Origin: Bacteroidia bacterium
GTDB lineage: Bacteria; Bacteroidota; Bacteroidia; SpSt-205
Length of the DNA stretch: 64,000 nucleotides
Reading direction: 5' to 3'
Assembly: GCA_026414975.1 (NCBI GenBank)
Contig: JAOAHZ010000009.1
Coordinates: forward strand, 8,038-72,037
The stretch's first letter is position 1. The number at the start of each line of letters is the position of its first letter. The notes under the pieces were generated by a model. The model was not told the origin of the DNA. It worked only from the letters and a program-made list of their open reading frames with translations, and did not search any database. Positions 1 to 8,168 of this stretch are shown here, one piece after another. Position numbers and translations under genes: made by a program.

Positions 1-631
1 CCGATTTCGTCTCTCCTCCATTGAACCCAATCTACTCTCGGACGAGATACTGGACTTCGTGGCGAACCATCCCCGCTGGGCCCCTCACTTTCATCTACCC
101 CTTCAAAGTGGAAGCGACAAGCTACTGCGATCCATGCGGCGACGCTACCGACGCGCCCTGTATGAGAACCGCATAGAAACCATTCGTCGGTACTTTCCCA
201 CAGCAGGTATCGGCGTAGATGTCATCGTAGGCTTTCCCGGCGAAACCGAAGAGGACTTCAAGGAGACCCAGCGGTTCTTGGCAGACTTACCCGTAAGCTA
301 TCTTCATGTATTTCCCTACAGTGAGCGACCGGGTACGCCGGCAGCTACACTACCCGACTCGGTGCCTTGGGATCAGCGTCTTTGGCGCAGTGAAGTACTA
401 CGAGACCTCTCTCATCGTAAGCGGCGAGCCTTTGCTGAGAGCTGTTTAGGCAAAACCCTCCATACCCTCATAGAGACAGACGGTGAAGGCCTGACCGAAA
501 ACTACCTGCGAGTGCGGGTGGAGAATGCTCCAGCGGGCGAACTTATTGCCGTGCAACTCACTGGAAAAGAGGAGGAGGGGATTTTTGAAGCACAGCGAGT
601 GAGCTATTCTGTAGATTGTGGGGTCGCTTAA
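1..631 (+). CDS. Radical-SAM methylthiotransferase (MiaB/MtaB/RimO family), C-terminal part; the 5' end lies outside the window
   Basis: The reading frame is open from nt 2 with no stop before 631. It has the 'HFHLPLQSGSD' motif typical of MTTases, followed by a C-terminal TRAM-like domain (GKTLHTLIE...LRVRVEN). Confidence 0.75.
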   Translation, partial: RFRLSSIEPNLLSDEILDFVANHPRWAPHFHLPLQSGSDKLLRSMRRRYRRALYENRIETIRRYFPTAGIGVDVIVGFPGETEEDFKETQRFLADLPVSYLHVFPYSERPGTPAATLPDSVPWDQRLWRSEVLRDLSHRKRRAFAESCLGKTLHTLIETDGEGLTENYLRVRVENAPAGELIAVQLTGKEEEGIFEAQRVSYSVDCGVA

Positions 632-682
632 TGGCGGAATGTCTGAAGGGCATATGGGACGAAGCTCATTTGAAGCCGCCCA

Positions 683-1480
683 TTAGACCACCATGTACCG
701 CCGTCGCCGCCGCTCACTCAAAGCCACCACCAAAATGCTTAGCTCATACAACCCCCACAAAGGTATCGCCAAGAGAAGCTGGCTAAGCACATCTGGCGAA
801 GGCGTCAGAATCCCCCCCAAAACCACGGCGAGTAGAATGGCGTAGCGCCGCAGAGTTCTCAGCCCGCGAGCCGTAATGATACCCGCTTGACTGAGCCCCC
901 ATAGAAGCACGGGCAGTTGAAATACCAGTCCCACGGCCAAACAGGTTTGTACAATCAAGCTTATGACATCGCCAATGCGCCAGATATTTTCCACAGCCTC
1001 ACTTAGCCGAAATGTGGCAAAAAAGTACATCATGAAAGGCACCAGCACGAAATAAGCAAAGAGCACGCCCAGCAGGAACAGCCCCGATACATAGGCCACT
1101 ATGCCGCGAAGAGCTTGCCGTTCATGCTTATAGAGCCCGGGACGGACAAATCGCCACAGCTCCCACATCACATAAGGAAAGCCTAAAACCAGGCCTGTAG
1201 CTAAGGCTAAAACCATGGCTTTTAGAAACTGTTCGGACGGGTGCACTGCCTGCAGCCGCAGAGAGAGAGCAGGGGGACAGTGCCCGAGGTAACAAAGCAG
1301 CCGAGCTGTGGGAAAATCAGCTCGTAGCGGCCCTAAGAGCACCTCCCCCACTAACCATTCAATCTGCCAGAAGGCTATGACCGCTAACGCTACGATCACC
1401 CCTACACTGCGCCAAAGATGCCAGCGAAGGTCCTCCAAATGAGCCCAGAAAGGCTTTTCTCGTTCTTGATCCAAAGGCAT
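683..1480 (-). CDS. tatC: Sec-independent protein translocase TatC
   Basis: 265-aa polytopic membrane protein. The N-terminus 'HLEDLRWHLWRSV' matches the TatC signature 'HLxELRxRL', with about 6 TM segments. Its start lies 1 nt from the stop of the upstream gene. Confidence 0.8.
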   Translation of the reverse strand: MPLDQEREKPFWAHLEDLRWHLWRSVGVIVALAVIAFWQIEWLVGEVLLGPLRADFPTARLLCYLGHCPPALSLRLQAVHPSEQFLKAMVLALATGLVLGFPYVMWELWRFVRPGLYKHERQALRGIVAYVSGLFLLGVLFAYFVLVPFMMYFFATFRLSEAVENIWRIGDVISLIVQTCLAVGLVFQLPVLLWGLSQAGIITARGLRTLRRYAILLAVVLGGILTPSPDVLSQLLLAIPLWGLYELSILVVALSERRRRRYMVV

Positions 1481-1481
1481 C

Positions 1482-2873
1482 TCACAAGCGAATGTGATAG
1501 ATTTGGTAGCCGTTTTTAGCTGGAGGAGGCAAAGCGAAGCACACCACCTCAGTCGGGCCTAAGTAAGCCGCCTCCATCGGCAGAATAAGCAAATCGCCCG
1601 CAGCATTAGTGCCCATTTCTTTGGAGACCGCCTCTCCGGTTTGGTGGTTAATCTGGTAAGCAAGCAGTTTGCCCTTACCAGTGCGCTCGGTAAGAAACGC
1701 AATGGTCAGGAAAGTTGGACTCACCCCTCGGAGAAAAGACACCAGGCGAAGGTCTGGCTCTTTTTGGCGCTTCTCAATACGATAGGCCCATCCATAGGCA
1801 AGAGTATCCCCAGCTTTTTTCCAGCGAACCACCCAGACATCATACGCTAAAGCAGTCCCACCTCGCAAACGCAAGTCCTCCCATAGTACATACAACGCCG
1901 TATCGCCCAGCGACAAAACTTCTCTGACAGTGAAGCTAGTCGGTTCTTTGTAGAGATTATACCAGTCGGCTGGCAAAGGAGCTGTACTCCAGTAGAAAGC
2001 GCTGGTATCGCTCAGAGGAAAGGACAGACGCCCTATTATCCATCGCCCAAATCCCCCTTCTGTATGAGGTATAGTTTTTTGGTCGGGTGAGAAGCCTGCT
2101 ACATACACAGCCCGATTCGTGATGTGCAAATAGGGGGCGTAGAGAATCGTATCGGCGTTGAACTTCCACTGGCGGGTCGTGCGCGCTCGGGGGTCGTAAT
2201 ACATCACAGCGATAGATCGGTCAGCAGCCTGCTCAATAGTCCAAATGCCCTGCTTCCCATCCAAGGCGATAGCCAGTGGTACTCCACTCAAGGACCAGTC
2301 GCTGCTGCTACTGACTTTCCGCCCCATTTGGTTCCAAATCGCATACCAAGCTCGTTCAGGCAGTCCCTTCTTGCTCAACTGATAGGCATACCAAAGAAAA
2401 TGAGTGCTATCCGAAGCCACACGAATCCCGGCGGCCGTCGGGCTAACTGGGCGGTCGTAAGTGGAAATAATGGTCCACTTAGGCAGAATAGGCTGTCCTT
2501 TCAAGTCGTAGAAGCGAGCCACCTCTTGCTTAGCCCCCTTGGCTAAAGGGTCTTCATCGTAAGAAAAAAGTACCAGCCCCTCCTTTAGCGCTATGAGACG
2601 AAGGGAGCGCCCCTCCCCCTCCTGCGGCAGGTCAATATAATGAGACCACTGCGTGAAATAGTCTAAGTTGAGGCATTCTATGTACCAGCCCGGCTTGGGT
2701 TTATCTTGAGCCCAATACTCTATGTAGGCAAAACGCCCCTTTCCCGCTGGCACAAGCCCTCGAGGCAAACCCACTTTCTCCACCGAGTAGCCTTTCACCT
2801 CAATCTGAGTACGACTCACGATACGCTGCGCCACGACTATTCCCAACAGAAGAATCAACTTTACCTGCATCAC
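1482..2873 (-). CDS. Hypothetical secreted protein (463 aa) with an N-terminal signal peptide; no family recognised
   Basis: Long ORF with a hydrophobic N-terminus (MMQVKLILLLGIVVAQ). It sits tightly between the histidine kinase (18-nt gap) and tatC (1-nt gap). Rich in W/Y, possibly a beta-rich periplasmic protein. Confidence 0.55.
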   Translation of the reverse strand: MMQVKLILLLGIVVAQRIVSRTQIEVKGYSVEKVGLPRGLVPAGKGRFAYIEYWAQDKPKPGWYIECLNLDYFTQWSHYIDLPQEGEGRSLRLIALKEGLVLFSYDEDPLAKGAKQEVARFYDLKGQPILPKWTIISTYDRPVSPTAAGIRVASDSTHFLWYAYQLSKKGLPERAWYAIWNQMGRKVSSSSDWSLSGVPLAIALDGKQGIWTIEQAADRSIAVMYYDPRARTTRQWKFNADTILYAPYLHITNRAVYVAGFSPDQKTIPHTEGGFGRWIIGRLSFPLSDTSAFYWSTAPLPADWYNLYKEPTSFTVREVLSLGDTALYVLWEDLRLRGGTALAYDVWVVRWKKAGDTLAYGWAYRIEKRQKEPDLRLVSFLRGVSPTFLTIAFLTERTGKGKLLAYQINHQTGEAVSKEMGTNAAGDLLILPMEAAYLGPTEVVCFALPPPAKNGYQIYHIRL

Positions 2874-2891
2874 CTCAAATATAGGCTCCTT

Positions 2892-5800
2892 TCAAGAAAA
2901 GGATTTCTCCCCCTTGAGCGGAAAAGCTACATAAAAAGTCGTGCCTACCCCCACCTCACTAACGAATGAAATCTTACCATTCATGCGCTCCACGAGGCCC
3001 TTTGTAATGGCCAAACCCAAGCCTGTACCCGTACGGTGGGTAGTGAAGTAAAACTCAAATATCCTCTCCCTAACCTCGGGAGGAATGCCAGGCCCATTAT
3101 CTTGAATAGCTATGATTGCTTCACTGCCCTCTTGCATGAGAACCACCCGAATCTGAGGCGCTGCAGCCCCCTCCAGAACTTGAAGGGCATTTTGAAGCAG
3201 GTTGTTGAGGACTTGCTGGAGGGCATCAGGGTTGCCTTCTATCCAGAGAGGGGTAGGAGGCAGGTCTAAAGTGAAAGTGATATGAGGATTTTGAGTAAAG
3301 GGATGAAGCTGATCTTCTAAGAAAGCGTTGAGATTCACCGGCTGTAGAGCGAGTTCTTCGGCAGACCCGAGCTTAGCAAAGTTCATGAAAGCGTTAGCTA
3401 TCCTCACCAGAGCCTCTATACGCTGAAGGAGGCGCGTGGATATGTCTCGCAGCTTGTCAGGCTCTACCACAGGCATTCGCTGAAGGTGCTGAAGGTGTAT
3501 TTTGAGAGGGGTGAGCGCTGTCTTTATTTCATGAGCCGCTTGAAAAGCCATTTCTTGCTGGCTCACTCGGCGCAGGGTCCGCTCTAACTGACGCTGGCTA
3601 GCACGCAACCGCTCCACCATTTCGTTATAGGCAGTAACAAGGGTGGCTATTTCATCATTCCCACCCTTCCATACAAGCAAAGGAGGGTCTGGTGTCTCAG
3701 GAGCTGAACGCAATTGGGTCGCAACCCGCTGAAGCCCTCCCGCAAACCGCTCTATTAAAAGCAGCCCCAGCAAAATAGATACCAGAGAAAGAAGCAGATA
3801 AGCATTCACCGTATAACCTATGAAGTACCGAAGGGGCTCATAAAAGGAGCTCTTGGGGAGGGGTTGGGGGATATGTAGAATCCCTAAGAGTTTGCCCGTT
3901 TCGGTTCGGAGAGGGGCATATCCTACCAAGCGCCCCAGCCGGCTGTCTACTTCCACGATAGGGCCGCTCCCAGCTTGATACATCTCGTGAAGGATATGAG
4001 GGTCAATAAAAGGCGAGACCAGATGATCCCAGTAAGCTATGGGCAAAGTACTGCTATAAAGGGCCCCCTGACTCGTGTAGATAAATGCTTCGGATTGAGA
4101 AAGCGAACCGATGCGCCGCATCAAGTCCCTTACGAAAGACTCCTCACCAGCGAGGTAATTTTGTAGCCAGTAAGCCAGCTTCTCCAAAAGAATCGCCTCG
4201 CCCGACAGATAGCCACTGACCGTAGTGAGCTTCTGAATAAGCTCCTTCTTACGCTGATTTTCATTTATTCGCAGAAAAAGGAAAAAAGTTGCAAGCAGCA
4301 TCACGATAAGAGGTAGAAACACCAGGGAACCAAACAAGGCCTGGAATCTTTGCACAAAGGAAGCATCCCGTCTATACAAAGCTCGGAATATCAGGCAGAT
4401 TCTTTCAGACCTTTCCAGAAAGAGGCCTATAGCTAAAAGGGTGAGAAAAATAGGAAAAGTAGCTAAGTAGGCTGACCTATCCCGAGCCGGCAAACGAAGA
4501 TAGACGGTGAGGGTAGGAGAAATGGGAGCGATGTACTCGTAGCTGTTCTCTGTCTCCCGCCAAAAGGGTACGGCCTTAGGTTGGAAAGGTAAGAGAGTTG
4601 GAAATCTTTCGCTTCCCCACCAGCGGATAAGCCGTCCCTGCTCATAGAGAGCATATGGAGGCAGGGACGGCTCAGATATGGCCCTAACTCGGCTAAGGAG
4701 GGGTTGAGTCCGAGGATAAAGTTCTATCTGAACTTCTAAAGGGAGGATATCCGGAAAAGTAATAGGGATGCGAGCGATATAGATGTAGCGAGGCGTACCC
4801 TGAGTGACAAAGTACAGATGGGGGGCTAAGGGTATGGAGATGGCTTTACCGGCTATCTGACGCCAGTTGAGAGGCCGCAGTTCAAAGAGGTTATCGGCGC
4901 GCCCCCCTCCCTCTGAACGCCAGCAAGACACTACAACTTCGTAGGCATCCCCCAGCGAGAATAGATGCCGTTGGATGAGCTTTCCGATAAAGCGAGCATC
5001 TATGAGTTGATCTTCCACGCTGAGGCTCTGCCAAAGGACTGTATCGGAAGCTATCTTCGGTAGGATTTGAGCCAGACGATATTCCAAACTGGGCTCCCGC
5101 AATCGGGCCACCTGAGAGGCATGAGCTTCAGCAATGAGACGAGCTCGCCATTCTTGTCCCCAGCTTATCCAAGCGTTTATGCCGCCAATCAGCAAGAGAA
5201 AATCTAAGATATAGCCGACATACCTGGGTAAATGCTTAGTCAAAAGCGGCGATAAGCATAGAATAGCTAAAACTATGCTCCCACCTATAGAGAGACCTAA
5301 GGCTCCAAATAATAGACCTCCCACTCCAGCTACAGCGATATGGACGATAGGAGCTGGAAAAGGCTGAGTCTGTAGATACCCGAGAACCTGACGCGATATG
5401 CTCAAGGCCACGCCCCAGCATGCAAGCTGAGCCAGATTCGGTTCGCGTAGAGGGTCTATCTCCAACTGACTGTGCCTTGCTATCAGATAGACAGCTCCAC
5501 CAAATAGTCCCCAAAATACCCAATACCCAACGGGATAGGTCCACTTACTGGAGAGTGGAAGGGTCGGAAGCAGCTGAGCTATGCAGAAAAGTATGGCAAG
5601 GCTCCAAATAAGGTCCCATACACTAGTATGGAGCGGACTAATGGCAAAGCTTTCAGAAGAAAAGAGTTCTGAATCAATAAGGCGACCCGGAATATTTGTC
5701 CAGTGAAGAATTTGCCATACGATAAAGAGAACACCTGTATAGAGCAAGATAGCTTGACGATACCGAGCTCTCAGGTAATACCACAACCCAGTCAATCCGA

Positions 5801-6425
5801 ACAGCATGGCTATCCCCAAGAAGCTGAGATAGACCCAGCGCAGGGGAAGGCGTAAAGCTTCGCCACATCCTATGTACAGCCGCAGGAGGGGCTGACCCCG
5901 ATGATCCGAGAGCACAATAGCCCGGTCCCCTGACTGACGATGAAAGCATAAGGCTTGAATCCAAGCTGTGTTCCCCCACACAGGAAAATCCCACCGCTTG
6001 TGAATGCTCAGAGGCGGGGGATGAATCCAGATAGGCAGCAAGACCACTTGCCGCGTCGTATCGGAAAAAAACTTTAGCGCATAGTATAAGGCATGTTCAT
6101 CTGAGATGATCTCAGGGTCAGGGCTGACTAAGCTGGGAAGAGTCTGAGGGAAAAGCCAGCGGGTAGTATTCCAACGGCGCAGTTGTCCGCTGGTTTTATC
6201 GTATTCCAGAAAAAGAACCTCGGACTCCCTGTACCACCCTGCTGGATTATCCCGATAGGCATAGAAGAGCGCCAGGGTGCGACGGATTTTCTCCTGCCAC
6301 ATTTGGCTCACCAGACGCTGGAATAGCTCTTGGTGCCAGCGTAGGGGAGCGAGTTCGTTGAGAAGAGCTATAAGGATTCCCAATCCAGCTACCGAGGCGG
6401 CGAAGCGCAGAGCCCATTTGGGCAT
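2892..6425 (-). CDS. Large multi-TM sensor histidine kinase (1177 aa)
   Basis: C-terminal HisKA (AHEIKTALTPLKIHLQHLQ) plus HATPase_c (NLLQNALQ...DNGPGIP...GTGLGLAI). Upstream is an N-terminal TM segment, a ~190-aa extracytoplasmic segment, a 7-8 TM block, a second ~230-aa segment, a TM, a third ~170-aa segment, a TM, and a HAMP-like linker. Confidence 0.9.
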   Translation of the reverse strand: MPKWALRFAASVAGLGILIALLNELAPLRWHQELFQRLVSQMWQEKIRRTLALFYAYRDNPAGWYRESEVLFLEYDKTSGQLRRWNTTRWLFPQTLPSLVSPDPEIISDEHALYYALKFFSDTTRQVVLLPIWIHPPPLSIHKRWDFPVWGNTAWIQALCFHRQSGDRAIVLSDHRGQPLLRLYIGCGEALRLPLRWVYLSFLGIAMLFGLTGLWYYLRARYRQAILLYTGVLFIVWQILHWTNIPGRLIDSELFSSESFAISPLHTSVWDLIWSLAILFCIAQLLPTLPLSSKWTYPVGYWVFWGLFGGAVYLIARHSQLEIDPLREPNLAQLACWGVALSISRQVLGYLQTQPFPAPIVHIAVAGVGGLLFGALGLSIGGSIVLAILCLSPLLTKHLPRYVGYILDFLLLIGGINAWISWGQEWRARLIAEAHASQVARLREPSLEYRLAQILPKIASDTVLWQSLSVEDQLIDARFIGKLIQRHLFSLGDAYEVVVSCWRSEGGGRADNLFELRPLNWRQIAGKAISIPLAPHLYFVTQGTPRYIYIARIPITFPDILPLEVQIELYPRTQPLLSRVRAISEPSLPPYALYEQGRLIRWWGSERFPTLLPFQPKAVPFWRETENSYEYIAPISPTLTVYLRLPARDRSAYLATFPIFLTLLAIGLFLERSERICLIFRALYRRDASFVQRFQALFGSLVFLPLIVMLLATFFLFLRINENQRKKELIQKLTTVSGYLSGEAILLEKLAYWLQNYLAGEESFVRDLMRRIGSLSQSEAFIYTSQGALYSSTLPIAYWDHLVSPFIDPHILHEMYQAGSGPIVEVDSRLGRLVGYAPLRTETGKLLGILHIPQPLPKSSFYEPLRYFIGYTVNAYLLLSLVSILLGLLLIERFAGGLQRVATQLRSAPETPDPPLLVWKGGNDEIATLVTAYNEMVERLRASQRQLERTLRRVSQQEMAFQAAHEIKTALTPLKIHLQHLQRMPVVEPDKLRDISTRLLQRIEALVRIANAFMNFAKLGSAEELALQPVNLNAFLEDQLHPFTQNPHITFTLDLPPTPLWIEGNPDALQQVLNNLLQNALQVLEGAAAPQIRVVLMQEGSEAIIAIQDNGPGIPPEVRERIFEFYFTTHRTGTGLGLAITKGLVERMNGKISFVSEVGVGTTFYVAFPLKGEKSFS

Positions 6426-6426
6426 A

Positions 6427-7050
6427 TCAAGACTCTGGGTGATGACGACGTATCATTGGACCATACTTGTGTAGAAAGCTGTACTTTTCGGTGCTCAGTA
6501 ATATGACGCGGTCTATTATCTCTCGTAGAGGCATCGGTACCTCCAACACAACCTGTCGCCTGTCTCTCAGCAGAAGAACATACCGCGCCAGTCCTCCTTC
6601 TTCGTGATGATAGTAGTCGTAAACTTCCTCCCAAGGCACCAGCTCCACCATCCACTCTAAGCGACTCCAGTTGAACTTTATCAGGTAGACGCCTCTATCG
6701 GATAAAACGTGCAGGTGATGGGCCCGAAGCCCAGCGAAGAGTAGGATTAGGACAGACACCTCCAAGAAACACAAGGAAGCGATATCCCGCCAGAGAGGGG
6801 CTGAAAAAGAACCGGGGAAAAGCCGAATAGAAAAGGCATAGGAGAGCATGCCGGCGCTGAGGAAGATAAGCACGAACAAGAATATAACGGCTGTCCAAAG
6901 ACCAAAAGCAGGTTTGTCCCAGCGGACAAGGAGCCCTGTGAGACGCTTCTTCAGGCGGAATGTAGCCCACCAGGCCCCCACAGCTAAGAGGCCAGACAGT
7001 ACAACGAGAGCCTCCAGGGCATAGGTAACTCCCATCAAGACATCTGGCAT
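6427..7050 (-). CDS. Hypothetical integral membrane protein (207 aa, ~4 TM plus a C-terminal soluble domain)
   Basis: Four hydrophobic segments followed by a ~90-aa charged domain (YLIKFNWSRLEWMVELVPWEEVYDYYHHEE...). There is a 1-nt gap to the kinase start, so the two are co-operonic. Confidence 0.5.
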   Translation of the reverse strand: MPDVLMGVTYALEALVVLSGLLAVGAWWATFRLKKRLTGLLVRWDKPAFGLWTAVIFLFVLIFLSAGMLSYAFSIRLFPGSFSAPLWRDIASLCFLEVSVLILLFAGLRAHHLHVLSDRGVYLIKFNWSRLEWMVELVPWEEVYDYYHHEEGGLARYVLLLRDRRQVVLEVPMPLREIIDRVILLSTEKYSFLHKYGPMIRRHHPES

Positions 7051-7087
7051 ACGCAGGTATAGCTAAGATAGGGATTTCGGCTAAATC

Positions 7088-7987
7088 TTAGTGGGGTGGG
7101 TCTTCTCGGCGAATAGAACGCACATCGGGATAGATTCGCTGAGCGATAGCTTGGGCGGTGGGTGTAGCAGCCGTCCCTCCGAGAGCGGTCTCTTTGAAGC
7201 GCGGATCCATAGCAGCTCCAACCTGACCCATCGCCTCCACCATTTCATCTACTGGAATAACCGCTGTATCGCCAGCGAGTGCCATTTGAGCGGCCGCCGC
7301 AGCGATGACGACAGCCGACCCGTTTCGCTTAACACATGGAAGCTCCACCAATCCAGCTACGGGGTCGCATATGAGCCCAAGCATGTTCATGATAGTAAGA
7401 GCGACCGCTTCAAATGTCTGATTCACATCCCCCCCTAAGGCATAGACTATACCAGCGGCTCCCATGGCAGCGGCGGTACCCGTCTCAGCTTGACATCCAC
7501 CGACCGCACCTGCAATGGAAGCCTTCTGCTCAATGATCAGAGCCACGCCGGCCCCGATTAGCATCGCCTCATATATCGTCTGAAGGGGCACAGCGTGGTG
7601 CTTCTCTAAGAAGGTATATATCCCTGGCAAGATACCCGAAGCCCCAGCGGTGGGAGCGGCTACGACCCGCCCCATGCAGGCATTGGTCTCCTTAGCCGCT
7701 GTAGCATAGGCCAAAAGCAGACTAAACTCGGGGCTGATTACATGAAGGGAGGCGTCCTTAATCTTTTTACCTGTATCCCGCACCAGCCCACTCGGTGTTT
7801 GCCTCGGCTCCCGCAGCCCGCTCTCCACCGCATCGCGCATGACGGCATACACCTGAGCTAATCGCGCCCATATCTCTCCTTCTGAGCGACCCTTCTGATG
7901 CATCTCGTAAGCTAAAACCACCCGCCAAAGAGGGACGCTCTGCGACTCCGCCATCAGCCGCCAAGTAGTAAAACTATCCAACTTCAC
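7088..7987 (-). CDS. sdaAA: L-serine dehydratase (iron-sulfur-dependent), alpha subunit
   Basis: Near-colinear with SdaAA: 'AAPTAGASGILPG', 'GGCQAETGTAAAMGAAG', 'NMLGLICDPVAGLVELPCVKRN', 'LGGTAATPTA'. Length of 299 aa is typical. Confidence 0.8.
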   Translation of the reverse strand: MKLDSFTTWRLMAESQSVPLWRVVLAYEMHQKGRSEGEIWARLAQVYAVMRDAVESGLREPRQTPSGLVRDTGKKIKDASLHVISPEFSLLLAYATAAKETNACMGRVVAAPTAGASGILPGIYTFLEKHHAVPLQTIYEAMLIGAGVALIIEQKASIAGAVGGCQAETGTAAAMGAAGIVYALGGDVNQTFEAVALTIMNMLGLICDPVAGLVELPCVKRNGSAVVIAAAAAQMALAGDTAVIPVDEMVEAMGQVGAAMDPRFKETALGGTAATPTAQAIAQRIYPDVRSIRREDPPH

Positions 7988-8168
7988 CCTCCGAAAATAA
8001 CGGTTTTAGATTGAATCTCGGCTCAGCCCAAAAGCCCAGAACAGAAAGACCTTAGGCTCATTTATGATCTTGCGACGGTCCTCAAGCATTAGACCCCCCA
8101 TACAGACCTCACTGAGCGACAAGTACGGATTTTTGCATGCCAAAAAATTTTTTTGCCAACTTTGTACC

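Noticed and set aside
5236-5994. Several 60-110-aa antisense and alternative-frame ORFs inside the histidine-kinase gene (for example 5236-5544 and 5674-5994); similar ones lie inside the SprB, SMC and ABC genes
   Set aside because: All are embedded in long, well-supported CDSs on the other strand or in another frame. They are low-complexity, Ser/Arg/Pro-rich translations typical of GC-rich antisense.
8064-8168. Upstream start at 8064 for the TonB-dependent receptor
   Set aside because: A signal-peptide-like sequence (MQKGGLILLLGVAAAQS) begins at the ATG at 8169. The 35 upstream codons are basic and unstructured, with no signal peptide.
7988-8168. Riboswitch or Fur box in the 180-nt leader of the TonB-dependent receptor
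   Set aside because: No B12 box, no TPP motif, and no convincing 19-bp Fur palindrome. Only the start-codon-containing inverted repeat is reported.
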